Both the position numbers and the translations under genes were made by a program. Below are positions 16,051-36,080 of a DNA stretch of 64,000 bases, piece by piece. The stretch lies in assembly GCF_009914755.1 (NCBI RefSeq), contig NC_060934.1. The stretch is one strand, 5' to 3'. The notes under the pieces are model-generated. The model had not been told where the DNA came from. It searched no databases and saw only the letters and a program-made list of their open reading frames with translations. Origin of the DNA: the human T2T-CHM13v2.0 reference genome, Homo sapiens. The first letter of the stretch is position 1, and each line of letters opens with the position of its first letter.

Positions 16051-16574
16051 TACTTTCTTTCCAAGGAGTATCTTTGAACTAATTGTATTTTATTTTTAAC
16101 AGTTTAACAGAGGTACTTCTCAAGCCAGCCTATTAAGTCCTTTTTTAACCTAAAAAGGTTAAAAAAACCTAAAAAGGACTAAAGTCCCAGTATATTCAGA
16201 TCATGACTTGTGTTTATGATTTAATTGAAGGCAAACAAGCCTAACAATGAAAATCCCAGGTATAAAGTTAGACCAAAATCTCACCTTGGCTTGGCCTCCT
16301 CTGAGAGGGGTTACCTTGAACAAATTACTTTCCCTTTCTGAACCTCGGTTTCCTCATAGGTAGAAAAAGAATAATAAAACTTACCTTGCAAGTAGATTGG
16401 ATTTAGTACAAAAAATGTACATAAAGTATTTAACACGGTTCCTGACACAAGAAGGAAAACTAATACATAATAAAGATTATTGTTGTTGAGAATAAAAATA
16501 CAATAACTCATCTAGTAGTTGTTTTCTTATGCTTATGGTCAGATACCTTGCTAAAGATAAGAATACAGTTATAA

Positions 16575-16887
<313 letters not shown>

Positions 16888-16969
16888 TCGGTTATTAGAA
16901 GTTACTGTGTGCTATTTAGTATTTTGTATTTCCTATGCTAATTTGAATTCATAGTGCGATGAAAAATAA

Positions 16970-17761
<792 letters not shown>

Positions 17762-17940
17762 TAATACTCAAGAGCACACACTGGGTGACCAGACCACCAG
17801 GTTCATGCTCCCAGCTCTGACAGTTACTACCTGTGGTGACCTTGGGCAGCTTTTACTTAACCTCTTGGTACCCCAATCCCCTTTTCTATAAAATGGAAAT
17901 AATAACACCTGCTCACAGGGTGGCTGTGAGAATTAATTGA

Positions 17941-18293
<353 letters not shown>

Positions 18294-18347
18294 TCATAGG
18301 TGGTCCTATTTGTATTTTGTATGAAATACATTTTACTTAGATTTTAT

Positions 18348-18531
18348 AGTAACTGAAAATGCTTATGTTAACTGGTTTCTTTGCAGATGGGAGAACTATA
18401 ATGACCCTGGTCGCGGTTTTTATTTTGTATTATATTTATATATTGTATTATACTACATAAAAATAGTCCCAGGATCATTGTAGTTCTCCCATCTGCAAAG
18501 AAACCAGTTAATATAAGCATTTTCACTTACT
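18348..18531. repeat. Inverted repeat with 63-bp arms (18348-18410 and 18469-18531) and a 58-nt AT-rich spacer
   Basis: Arms are reverse complements at 59 of 63 positions, read directly. Confidence 0.95.
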
Positions 18532-19423
18532 CAGGTTTCAATGGAAAGCATTGTTATCTGAATACTTTTATTATTAGTTAGTGACTAGCTGATTCACTGA
18601 AAACTGTCCCTATTGAAATTAAAATCCTGGTTCATTTCCTAACATGCTATGTGACTTTTGGAGAGTTCTTTAACTTACTGCATATTGCTGCCTAATTGTA
18701 GAGGTGAGGGGTTAATTTCTTTAAGGTTGAAAGAAATTTTTCCAAATGTGGGATAATTCTTATGTGGAGTTCTTCTTTATTAGGTTTGTAGTGGTGGCAG
18801 CCCTTAGTGGGCAGTTTTTCACAGTCAGCTGCTTACATTGAGTGAATTAGTCTTTCATTAACCCTACGTTATCAGGTACTCTAACACTATAGTTTAGCGT
18901 GGCAACAGGGCTGGGCTGAATGAGATAGAAGAGACACAGGCATAACCAGAGTAGCATCCCTTGGGGAAAAGAGGATACAGATTGCTTGGAAATCTTAAAC
19001 TCCACAAGCAGGTGACACTTGAAGTGTCATTCTCAAATGAGTTGTGTCAAAGTATTCAGTTTTTCTTTGCTATGCTTTTCTATCTTCATGGCAAAAAGAA
19101 ATATCTTTTGTATTGTCACAGAACAAATAGAACTACCACTTGAACTACTCAAATGCCTGATTTCATGTACTTGTCACAGTTCTAATACATTTCTGACAAT
19201 TAAAAACATTTCTCGCCCCAGGAAGTTAGACAAGGCACATGTAATGCCCCTTCTTTCTTCTTTCCCTACACCCATGTCACGATTATGAGCAGAGACCATA
19301 TCCTGAGTGACTAACTTGATTAATTGATTAATAAGCAGATAGGCCTATGTACACAATTATCCTAATGTTACACAGAACAAAGCCAGTTTTAGTTAACTCG
19401 TCTAAAATGGAAAACAAATACCT

Positions 19424-19756
<333 letters not shown>

Positions 19757-21193
19757 TCAGTGTACTCAGCTGGAAAAAAAAAAAAAAGTCTTCAGGAGCT
19801 ATTGTGAATGTCAGTTTTTAATTACAGCTATTCCTTGGCCTTCTAGAATCAGGAAAATTCATCAAATATGGACATAGACCAGTGTTTGAGCTCAATTACA
19901 ATTCCTGTCACAAAGTCTATGTGGTTTAGTTGTTCCATTTGTCTGCTTCTCAAGCTTATAGCATAGGTAACTGAATTAATACATAAGAGGTACTTGGTTT
20001 CTCATTTACCCTGGCACTCTTCAGCTTTTACTGAAGGAGGCACCAGCTGAGACCACGAACGGCAGGTGAAGAGGTAAGAGTTGCTGCTAGAACAGAGACA
20101 GAAGTGACTTAGAGAAGACTCAGTCCTACCCAGCTGCAAACACAGCTCCACCCTCCCCCACCACCCCTGCACAGAACCAAGATGTTACAGTGTAGAGGCA
20201 AAACAGCTCATACTCAACCACTTCTGAAATATAGGTGATGTTATTCCTTGACACTGCTCTCTCTACATGAGCCATTTATGAAGTCAGGCAACGTGCCTTA
20301 GAAACAGACACTCAAGATTTCTTTCGAAAGAAAAAAGTTGGAAAGACCAATGGACTGATCATTTTCTCATCATATAAACCAGTTCCCAAACTGACTCAGG
20401 GATCACCAAAAAGATGCTAACTTAGTACTCAGAGAACAAAAGATCAAATCTTTTGTTAATGTTTAATAGCTGTATTGGTGATTTATAATACCTCTTAGAA
20501 AATTAAATTCTCTCAGATGCCCTAAAGTTAAAAAAAAAAACTATTTAAATTTACCTATAAGCTAAAGAAATTTGTGAAACAATGTTTGGGTTTTTCCAAA
20601 CTTCTGTTAACAGCTCTATAAGAGGATTTTTTAATCCCTAGTTTGGGAAGTGCTTATATGGAAAATAATCATTCTGACATTAGAATTTCCTTATGTAGTA
20701 AATGTAAGTGAAGTTACTTTCAAATACTACAAGTATTTGAGTACTACTGATGGAAGTAGTAACAAGAGATAACACAGAAGACAAGAAGAAGTAATAACAT
20801 TTGTAGAGAAGCCTAGAAAAATACAGGAAAATCCAAGAAAGTAAACTGCAGAGATGTTGATGTGGGGTGTGGAGGAAAGACCAATGTCTTGAGCTTTGGC
20901 CCAAGGTTATCATGGACAGAACTGATGGCCCATAATCCTGGGTATTTGGAAGGTGCTCTGGGAGGCTAAGAAAGTTAAATATGGAATTACCAGGTAAATA
21001 TCTTTGGTTATAAGCAAAAAAGATTCTGGCTATCTTTACGTGGGGGAAAAAAAAAAGATTCATTCAAAGGATGTAGATTAGTTTAATGGTCTTCAAAATG
21101 TCACATGCAAAGATATGCCAAGAGGTAACAGTGCATGGATATTTTTTAAGGAATCTATTTTCTAATCTTCAACTTTCACATAAACTGTTTTCT

Positions 21194-21254
21194 CCACTGC
21201 ACTCCAGCCTGGGCAAGAGTGCGAGACTCTGTCTCAAAAAAAAAAAAAAAAAAA
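21194..21254 (+). mobile_element. Severely 5'-truncated Alu (42 bp plus poly-A)
   Basis: Alu 3' end flanked by a perfect TSD aaactgttttct. Confidence 0.9.
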
Positions 21255-21323
21255 CTGTTTTCTAAAATTGAACATGTGCCTTCACTTACAGTAGTCCATC
21301 TCCCACATTAAAAAAAGAAGGTA

Positions 21324-21628
21324 GGCCAGGTGCGGTGGCTCAGAGCTGTAATCCCAGCACTTTGGGAGGCCGAAGTGGGTGGATCACTTGAGGCCAGGGG
21401 TTCGAGACCAGCCTGGCCAACATGGTGAAACTCCATCTCTACTAAAAATGCAAAAATTAGCTGGGTGTGGTGGTACGCACCTGTAATCCCAGACACCTGG
21501 GAATTGAGGCAGGAGAATCAGTTGAAACCGGGAGGCGGAGGTTGCAGTGAGCCAAGATCACACCACTGCACTCCAGCCTGGGCGACAGAGGGAGACTCCA
21601 TCTCCAAGAAAAAAAAAAGAGAAGAAAG
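21324..21628 (+). mobile_element. Alu
   Basis: Full dimer. Confidence 0.93.
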
Positions 21629-23272
21629 TATATCCTTCATCCATCCCAAACAAGTTTATTATTTTGTGTAAAACAAAAGAAAGATTAAAACTACATTTTA
21701 CTTCCCAGAAAGCTTCCTTTAAAGACTAAACAAAGGTATCCTTCCTTTTCCTGACCTAAACATATTTCTGTTAGTGGTAAAGTTTGACCCATGTTGGGAT
21801 GTTCTGAAATTAGAAAAATCAAAGCAGTATAGGTTAATGGTGCCAATTATTTTACATGTAAACTATAATGGGCCTATTAAGCTTTTAAAGATGTATTGGT
21901 TAAAATCCATAAATAAAAGTTTTACTCTTCTTTCAGATTCAGAGTATGTTATTCAAAATGGTAGTTAAAACGTATCCATTAGGTTTCATTCATGAAATGT
22001 TTATTCCAATTTGAAGTCACTCCTAGTGACTTGTTAGCAGGGATTCTCTTCAGCAGGCCTCCAGCAGATGGACTGATCTCCAACCATTTTCATTCTCTGT
22101 ATCACTGCATTCAAGAACCCTGCTCCAGGAAGGGGCTTCTGATTGGCTTATTGGGATCATGTGCCAATCATTGGTCAAAGGAGGATATTTCATCTTGATT
22201 GACACACCCATCGAGACTATATCCAGTGGAGAATAGACAGTTAAAGTAAAATCGGGGTATGGTTAGAGAAGGGAGAAACAGATCATGGACAGCCATAAGT
22301 CACAATGTCCCACTATAAGAGGTCACCCAAAGGTTTCTTTGTCAAGTACCCAAGTTATTCAGCATCCTGGGATCCACAGCAGGATGCAGGAAGTGGGAAT
22401 GCACAAGTCATAACATCAGATAGTTATTAAACATTAGGCTGAAGGAGCAAGCACACACACACACAAAGCTTCTTTGTTTTTTGCATATGATCTGCAACAA
22501 AGCAAAATCTATCCATAAGCATTTCTTTGGAACTGCAAAGGAGAGCCAGCCTGAAATGTTTTTGAAGAGTAAACACAGTACATGGAAATTAATTTTTAAA
22601 GAGCCCGCTTATACAGTGTATGAAATATCAATATCATCTTTAGCTCATAGGCAACTTTTTGTGGTTTTATTAACTGACTTATGGGGAGAATCATTGACAA
22701 TTGTTTAATTAATAGATCCCTGCTGTTACTTACAGGATGCTACACAGAGTTGCCTTAGAAGCAGTAGCTACTGTGAACAATTGCCTGCCCCTTGAGTGTG
22801 TTGTTGCTGCTCAGAGCATCCTAATATGTATGGTGTTCTGAGTCCCATGGGCTCCCTATCTTTAGATTTCAGCCACTCAAGGGGATGGCAGCCCAACTAT
22901 TTTAGGAGCTCCCTGGGGCCCTTCAAAGGGAATTTCATGCATGTCACACACACCCTGTATTTCAAGTCCGACTGTCCCAAGCATCAAACTAGTTGAAAAC
23001 CTACCTGGCAATAATGGACAAATACAACTTGATTTTACTTAGATTGATACCCTGCCCCTCTCCCTTCCAGGATGTCCAAGGCCCTAATTTGCAAAGTAAG
23101 TCTAAATGAATTTTCCTACAGTGGTAGTTCTGCAATTTAACCTCTGTAAATGGGATGGGAAGTTTTTGTTCCCCAGTTGATGTATTAAAGCATGTCACTG
23201 GAACTCAGCAGTGATGTGACCAGGACAACGGGGGACATGATGAAATTCCTGACAGAGAATCTTGTGAGTTAG

Positions 23273-23629
<357 letters not shown>

Positions 23630-24229
23630 TAAACCCATCTTCCAGGACCGCTGTATGGTGAACATCACCATAAAACACTTAAGGTTGTTTGGGTTGAGGA
23701 CAAAGTCAGGTATAAAATAGAAGATACAAGGGCTTACCACATACCTCCATGGTGCCATGCTAGTGCCAGGAACACCAGGGAAAAGACAAGGTCCGCAGAA
23801 GGACATAGACATGTAAACAAACACAGTGCGAGCTAAAAAGAGACATCGTTGAGTCACCCACAAAGTGCTGTGGGGGCAGAGAGAAGGAAAATAGAGAGCT
23901 GAGGGGCAGGCACAGAGGGCTCCACAGAGCAACTGACACGCAGGTCTTGAAGAACGTGTAGGATTTTACCAAGCAAAGAACATAGGAGAAAGTATCCCCA
24001 GCAGAGGAGACAGCATAGAGGCATAAAAGACAGCTTGTTCAAGGAAGCACATGCTGTTCTGGATGGCTAGAGCATGAGCACTCTGTGGGCAAGGAAGGGC
24101 TAGAAGAGAACAGAGATCACAGAGGCCCCAAATACTGTGTGTAGAACACAATGTAAAGTATATTAGCACTGTGTATTATAAACTATATAATATGAAATAT
24201 CACTATGAAGTGATAATATATTTGCTTCA

Positions 24230-24951
<722 letters not shown>

Positions 24952-25278
24952 TCTATCTAGAAAAAGTGCCACTCTCTTTGCTTATGGGAGGCTTTGATGC
25001 TCATGTCAAATTTTATCTGCTTCACAGTTTTTTTCTGTACACAGAGGTTCCGGAGGTTCTGTGCCGCCTCTTGTCTGCCTCCCTCCCCTGAGGAGTACTG
25101 CTGTATAGTAAAGAACAACTGAAATAATATGACATGAGAATACTCGGTCAGCCTTAATGTAGGTCTTTACCGGTTTTACCAGGAAGAGGCAGTATTGAAG
25201 GTGGGTAGGTCAGAAAATAGAGACCTACCTGAACTAAAGCAGTGATGGGAGAGAAATACAGGCTTGGAACCATCGTGA

Positions 25279-25584
<306 letters not shown>

Positions 25585-25660
25585 TAAAATCCCCATTAAT
25601 TAACTTGCCATTACTGACAGGGAGTATTAGATATACATGGTATAATTTGATGGATTAAAC

Positions 25661-25835
25661 CAGTGATTCTCAACCTTGGCTGCATATTAGAGCTTTTAAG
25701 AAAATCTGATTCCTCTGGCCACATCTAAGAATAACTGATTCAGATATTCTCTGGCTGGGACCTTGGGACCTGGACATCTTATTTATTTTTGAAGCTTCCC
25801 AGACAGTTCTAACATGTAGCCAGTTGAGACCCCAC
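25661..25835. mobile_element. MER5-like hAT-Charlie fossil
   Basis: cagtgattctcaaccttggctgcatattaga ... gttctaacatgtagccagttgaga. Confidence 0.7.
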
Positions 25836-25962
25836 CAGATTAGCCCATTCATAAAGATATTTTGGTGCTGCTTGTATAGAAACCAGCTGCATAGGTTGAT
25901 TTGCTCAGACATCCAGAAGCCTCTCTGGTTTGTATTTGGTTCTGAGGGAAAGTATAATCTGA

Positions 25963-26262
<300 letters not shown>

Positions 26263-26391
26263 TAGTTGAACTGAAAACTGAAAAATCCCAAAATTTTAAA
26301 TGATCCTAATTCTCCCAATTTTGTACTCCTACCTTCTCATATTACTTCAAAGGTCAGTAGCAGTAACAAAACCTAAGCCATGATTCTCCAA

Positions 26392-26612
26392 ATCTGTACT
26401 ATCCAGTACACTAGCCACTAACTAGATGTGGGTATTTAAATTCAAATGTAAATTAATTAAAATTAAAGAAAATTTAAAATTCAGTTCCTCAGTCACAGTA
26501 GTGACATTTCAAGTGCTCCATAGCCACAAGAAGCTGATGGTTATTATCCCAAAGAGTGTAGATAGAGAACATTTCTTTTTATCATTGCAGAAAGTTCTAT
26601 TGGATAGCACTG
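26392..26612. mobile_element. MER3-like hAT-Charlie fossil
   Basis: aaattcagttcctcagtcacagtagtgacatttcaagtgctc ... cagaaagttctattggatagcactg. Confidence 0.8.
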
Positions 26613-26980
26613 CTCTAAACGAAGAAGAGAGAATAGATTGTTTTTATGTAAACTATTTGGCCCCTTTGCTAATCGATGAAATATATTTAATACTTTTCTC
26701 ATATGTAAGTTATGCATGTCTAGAGGAATGAATTCAAGTATCACAGCAAGTTGGATATGTTTAAGTATAAATCTAAAGCTGGATAAATTACTTTATAAGT
26801 TCCATGCAAATTACATATTTGAAACAATATCTTCCCTCTCAGAAGAAGGAATGATATTAAAATGGCAGACTTCCAAAGGGAACCAGAATGCTGCTCCATC
26901 CTCCTGTATCCCACATTAAAGTTTAAGAGATGTGGAGGTTCCAGACAGAACCAAGCTAAAACAGGAACTCTTTACTTTAT

Positions 26981-26981
<1 letters not shown>

Positions 26982-27063
<82 letters not shown>

Positions 27064-27120
27064 CACCCCTCCCTCTCTCCCCACGCCCCTCTCTCTCTTT
27101 CTCCCTTTCTCTCTCTTTCT
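26982..27120. repeat. Compound (CA)n(CT)n microsatellite plus pyrimidine-rich tract
   Basis: Direct reading. Confidence 0.95.
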
Positions 27121-27146
27121 CTTGGAAGCTTCTTATTAACAATCCT

Positions 27147-27491
27147 GGCTGGGCACGGTGGCTCTCACATGTAATCCTAGCACTTTAGGAGGTCAGGGAA
27201 GGAGGATCACTTGAGCCCCCAGGAATTCGAGACCAGCCTGAGCAACAGAAACCCCATCTCTACAAAAAGTAAAACAATTAGCGGGTGTGGTGGTTCTCAC
27301 CTCTGGTCCCAGCTACTCAGGAGGCTGAGGTGTGAGAGTATCACTTGAGCCTGGGAGGTTCCGGCTGCAGTGAGCCATAATCATGCCATTGCGCTCCAGC
27401 CTAGGCAACAGAGTGAGAGCTTGTCTCAAAAAAAAAAAAAAAAAAGAAAGAAAGAAAGAAAGAAAAAGAAACAGAAAATAGAAAGAAAAAA
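27147..27491 (+). mobile_element. Alu (AluJ-like) with an (AAAG)n tail
   Basis: Diverged dimer. Confidence 0.9.
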
Positions 27492-28479
27492 GAATCCTAC
27501 AGTAAATTATCTTTTAAATAAAAATTCTTTCACAATGTGAGCAATGAACTTATAATTTATGCTTTATACATTCACATTCTACAATGGGTGAGCATGGGTC
27601 AAGGTTATATGGGAATTCTTTGTACCACTCTTGCAACTTTTATGTAAATTTAGATTCATAACAAAACTAAAAGTTACAAAAATCAGAATCCTGTTTATTA
27701 TACTTTCAGCCTGTGTAGTATCCTGGGTAAACAGCAAGGAACCTGGATTAAATGGCATTTCCCGTTTATTTCAATCATTCATGAGCAGGAAAAGAAAGGA
27801 CGAAGTAAGGGAGGAAAATATTTTAAAAAGAGAAATTAACATGCCAGATGCAAGATCAGAAGGCCAACCCCAGGAGGACAGGGATCAGCACCCACTCAAG
27901 TGTTTTAAAACAGAAAGAAAACACAAGACAGGAGGAAAAATCAGCTTGAATGCTATTAAGGGAGAAAGCTAGACTGAATCCTAAGTCTGATAGTGGGAAG
28001 AGTGGACAAACAGAGTTTCCTAGAATCAAAGGGAGATGGGTTCCTACAGACAGTAGCTGGATCTGCAACCAGAAAGAAGCAAGACAGGAAATTTACTTCT
28101 TTAGCTGCAAATGATGAAGTCACCTTTTTCCTCTTCCTGCACCTCTACCCTATGTTTCCTGCACTACACTGGGGATCGACAACCTACAACCTATGACTAC
28201 AAAATGCTAAAAAGCTATCAATTTGTAGTGCTCTTTCATTGCTGAAGGTGACCTTCAAATGTCAGCACAAATTAATTTTCCATGAGTGAACATTGTTAGC
28301 AGGGTTGAGAGTCACTTCAACAAACTATATATTTTATATTTATAGTCTTAAATATATAGTTTTTAGATTATATATTTAATATACATAAAATAGACTTCAT
28401 GATATTCTCTATACTTTCTTATATATTTGAAATATTTCAAAAAAAACTTTTAAAATCCAAGACAAAAAAAAACAGGTCC

Positions 28480-29032
28480 TCTAGAACTAGAAATACCATT
28501 TGACCCAGCCATCCCATTACTGGGCATATACCCAAAGGATTATAAATCATGCTGCTATAAAGACACATGTACACGTATGTTTATTGCGGCACTATTCACA
28601 ATAGCAAAGACTTGGAACCAACCCAAATGTCCATCAATGATAGACTGGATTAAGAAAATGTGACACATAGACACCATTGGAATACTATGCAGCCATAAAA
28701 AGGATGAGCTTCATGTCCTTTGTGGGGACATAGATGAAGCTGGAAACCATCATTCTCAGCAAACTATCGCAAGGACAGAAAACCAAACACCGCGTGTTCT
28801 CACTCATAGGTAGGAATTGAACAATGAGAACACTTGGACACAGGGCGGGGAATATCACACACCAGGGCCTGTTGTGGGGTGGAGGGAGGAGGGAGGGATA
28901 GCATTAGGAGATATACCTAATGTAAAGGACGAGTTAATGGGTGCAGCATACCAACATGGCACATGTATACATATGTAACAAACCTGTACATTGTGCACAT
29001 GTACCCTAGAACTTAAAGTATAATTTAAAAAA
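28480..29032 (+). mobile_element. 5'-truncated primate LINE-1 (L1PA) 3' end
   Basis: ORF2 end and 3'UTR (gaaataccatttgacccagccatcccattactggg ... tgtaccctagaacttaaagtataat); TSD-like aaaaacaggtcct / aaaaatagatcct. Confidence 0.93.
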
Positions 29033-29207
29033 TAGATCCTGTTCATTAATTTGACTACAAACCATAATCAAAACATCTCTCATACCATTGTGTCAGGAAA
29101 TCAGTATAGAAAATAAAAAATGTTGTGAAACAGTAAGTCTGTTCTGAGTTGACTGATATTTCTACATTGAATAGATGCAGCCTTGGAAGGTGCAAATATA
29201 ATCCTAG

Positions 29208-29414
<207 letters not shown>

Positions 29415-29883
29415 TAAAAGCTCTTCTCTGTTTTCATCTAAGGACTGGTTAAGAAAGGAATCAGACAATACACTCAAAGGTTTCTTCTTAAATGTAATTC
29501 TATAACTTAGAATATAGAAAAGAACGTGCATTATTTCCCATAGATTAAGAGTGAGTAATTTGGGGCTCTTTTTAATAGACATCTTCAGAAACACTGAGTT
29601 ATTTTGCCCATTGATCTGCAATTTCAAAGAACTGATTTGATTAATAGAGGAATATTAACCTCAGCCCTGGGCCCTTATTAAATAGACTAGAAACATGTTT
29701 TCTTTTTCACATAGAACATGTTTTATTTCCTCTGATACAATATAGGTTAAGAGATGTGAAAAGAGAGTACTGGAAAATAGCTTCAATCTTAAATAACTTG
29801 CACTCATCCTTTTGCTCATATTGCTAATTGGAGCAAGTCTGGTGGGACAGAATCACAACAGTGGCCTGCCCTTGTGCCCATGA

Positions 29884-30304
<421 letters not shown>

Positions 30305-30389
30305 TAAGGTCAGAGGTCCAGTCACACAAACTCTGAGCCTGTCCCACATAGTGTGCTATTACTGCTGTGTAGGGAAAGACTTAAGAGAA

Positions 30390-30686
<297 letters not shown>

Positions 30687-30846
30687 AACACTTAGAGAAT
30701 TATTTTAAGGTGTCATCTGGTGTTGAGGGAGCAGGTGCTACTGGCATTTTGAGCAAAGAAATTCATCATTGTGTGGTTCTGCCCATGTATTTATTTAACC
30801 AATAAAGCCTTCCAGTCATTCTGACAACCAAAAACCCTTTCCCGAC

Positions 30847-31204
30847 TATATTAGTCCATTTTCATGCTGCTGATGAAGACATACCCAAGACTGGGTAATT
30901 TATAAGGAAAAAGAGGTTTAAGGGGCTCACAGTTCCACCTGGCTGGGGAGGCCTTACAATCATGGAAGAAGATGAAAGGCGTGTCTCACATGGCAGCAGA
31001 CAAGAGAACTTGTGCAGGAAAAACTCCCCTTTATAAAACCATCAGATCTCATGAGACTTATTCACTATCATGAGAACATTTTCACATGGGAAAGACCTGC
31101 CCCCATGATTCAACTACCTCCCACCAGGTCCCTTCCACAACATGGAATTGTGGGAGCTACAATTCAAGATGAAATTTGGGTGGGGACACAGCCAAACCAT
31201 ATCA
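30847..31204 (-). mobile_element. Solo THE1-family MaLR LTR
   Basis: tattagtccattttcatgctgctgatgaagacatacccaagactggg ... gccaaaccatatca; 5-bp TSD ccgac / ctgac. Confidence 0.9.
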
Positions 31205-31799
31205 CTGACCATTTCCAAATGTCTGCTAGGTATGTGGTGTGTGTCACAGTGGAGAACCCCCAGTCTCTTCCCTACCTACAGACAGTTGTGTGTTCAATCA
31301 CAGGGCAGTAGTCTCCTGCCCTTTGACAAGGAGAGTCTTTAGCGCCTTCCACAGGGTACTTCTGTCTGAATGATTGTCCAGGATATATTTCCTACTGTAT
31401 AAACAAGAATGTCTCATTCTTCTATCTCACTCACCACCACCACCATTACTATCACCACCCATGCATTTTCTAACCACTTATGCATTTCCAGCCTATCATT
31501 TTCCTCCTCTGTTCTTCCTGGAAACTATAAACACAAATAGCAAAACAAAAAACTTTCCTCTTTTATGCAGTTGCTTCATAATTATTTATAAGTTTATGTT
31601 GTCCTTGAGCTAAGACTATTAAGTATTGTTCAACTTTAGTCATAAAATCTCCATAACCATGGATTAGTCAAGTAGTTACATTTTTCAAAAATTATTGGAC
31701 TTTATTTTTTGTTCTATTATATTTTATTATTTTATTATTTATCATGATTTTCATGTATTTTTTATTTTTGTTTTATTTTAAAATATTATTATTTTAAAA

Positions 31800-31932
31800 T
31801 AATGTAATTTTTTGTAGAGACAGGGTCTTGCTCTGTTGACCAGGCTGCTCTCAAACTCCTAGCCTCAAGCAATCCTCCTGCCTCAGCTTCCCAAAGTGCA
31901 GGGATCTTAGGCATGAGCCTCCATGCCCAGCT
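31800..31932 (-). mobile_element. Alu monomer / FLAM
   Basis: Reverse monomer with a decayed AT-rich tail upstream. Confidence 0.8.
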
Positions 31933-31934
31933 TA

Positions 31935-32920
31935 GACTTTATTTTTAGAGCAATTTTAGGTTTATGGAAAAATGAGTGGAAAGTACAGAGTTCCAATATA
32001 CTCTCTTCTACTCTCCCACACAGACTTTCTTCTGTTAGTAATATCTGGCATTAGTGTAGTACATTTGTTACAATTGAGTTAATATTGATATATTATGATG
32101 AACTGAAGTCCATAGTTAACGTTAGGATTCACTGTTTGTGTTGTGCATTCTATGGGTTTTGACAAATGTGTAATGACATGTATCCACCTTTACAGTATCA
32201 TACAGGACAGTTTCACTGCCCTGAAAGTTCCTTATGCTTCATTTTTCCATCCCCCCCGCGACCTCCCTCCAAATCCCTGGCAGCCACTGCTCTTTTTATT
32301 ATCTCCATAGTTTTGCCTTTTCCAGAATGTCATATAGTTGGAATCACACAGTACATAGCATTTTCAGACTGGCGTCTTTCACTTAGCAATATGCATTTAA
32401 GTTTCCTTCCTCCGTGGCTTTTTGCAGCTTGGTAGCCCATTTCTTTTTACCCTGGGTAACATTCCATTTTGCGGAGGTACTACAGTTTGTTTATCCATTC
32501 ACCTACTGAAGTATATCTTGGTTGCTTCCAAGTTTTAGCAATTATGAATAAAGCTGCTATAAACATTTGTATTCAGGTTTTTGTGTGGGCATAAGTTTTT
32601 CCATCATTTGGGTAAATACCTAAGAGTGCAATTGCTGGATCATATGGTAAGCCTATGTTTAGCTCCATAAGAAACTGCCAGACTGTCTTCCAAAGTGGCT
32701 AAAATTAAAATGGCCATACCAAAGTTGGTGCGAATGTGAAGCAATTGGAACATTGCAGGTGGGAATGTAAACTGGTACAACCACTTTGGAAGACAGTGTG
32801 GCAGTTTCTTACTAAGCTAAACATATTCCTTCCATGTGACCAGCAATTACAGTACTTGGTATTTACCCAAATGAGTTGAAAAATTTATATTCACATAAAA
32901 ATCTGTAAACAAATGCTTAT
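31935..32920. mobile_element. Old LINE-1 (L1M) 3' fragments, antisense to about 32700 then sense
   Basis: Typical L1M 3' motifs (gttttgccttttccagaatgtcatatagttggaatc; aatgtaaactggtacaaccactttggaagacag). Confidence 0.75.
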
Positions 32921-33057
32921 ATTAAACAGTAAAACTGTAATTTTAAGGGTATATCTTCAATCTCTACAAACAAAAATGTGCAAGTAGTTACTCCCTAAAA
33001 CCAAAGCCTGAATTTCACCTAAGTCCCCAGCTGAACCTACATTTAGTTGCCATGTAA

Positions 33058-33417
<360 letters not shown>

Positions 33418-33542
33418 TGATTTGTTTTTTATTCCTATCACTATGTGAAGCCAGAAATAAACACTTCTTTGATGGCTTGTTTAGGTACATTAGTAAAGAG
33501 CTTCTCCATTTTAATAACTCCACACCATTATCTCCAAAATGA

Positions 33543-34815
<1,273 letters not shown>

Positions 34816-34827
34816 ACAAGTATGTAA

Positions 34828-34958
34828 GTGTTCTTCTTTAACATATTATTAGTGTATTATTACATAATATGTTTTTCTTTAACATATTATATGTTCTTCT
34901 TTAACATTATTAGTGTAATAATATTAACATATTATTAGTGTATTATTACATATTAATG
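34828..34958. repeat. Degenerate AT-rich local tandem repeat
   Basis: Recurring ttctttaacat(t)attattagtgta units. Confidence 0.8.
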
Positions 34959-35064
34959 TAGGTCCCAGGCTTTCTCTAACTCAGTAACTATTATAAGGAG
35001 TTGGTACATAATTTTTTGTTGTTATTCTAGAACATGCAACAGATTTAGTCTAGGTTTTCAACCT

Positions 35065-35924
<860 letters not shown>

Positions 35925-35949
35925 TGATTTATTTTTTATGAGATTACTC

Positions 35950-36080
35950 TGAGCCACGCATGGTGGCACAAACCTGTAGTCCCAGCTACTCAGGAAGCTG
36001 AGGCAGAAGGATTGCCTGAGCCCAGAAGTTTGAGGCCAGGCTGGGCAATATAGTAAGACCCTGTCTCTAAAACAAAATTT
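35950..36080 (+). mobile_element. Alu monomer / FLAM
   Basis: Single sense monomer head-to-head with the preceding Alu. Confidence 0.8.
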
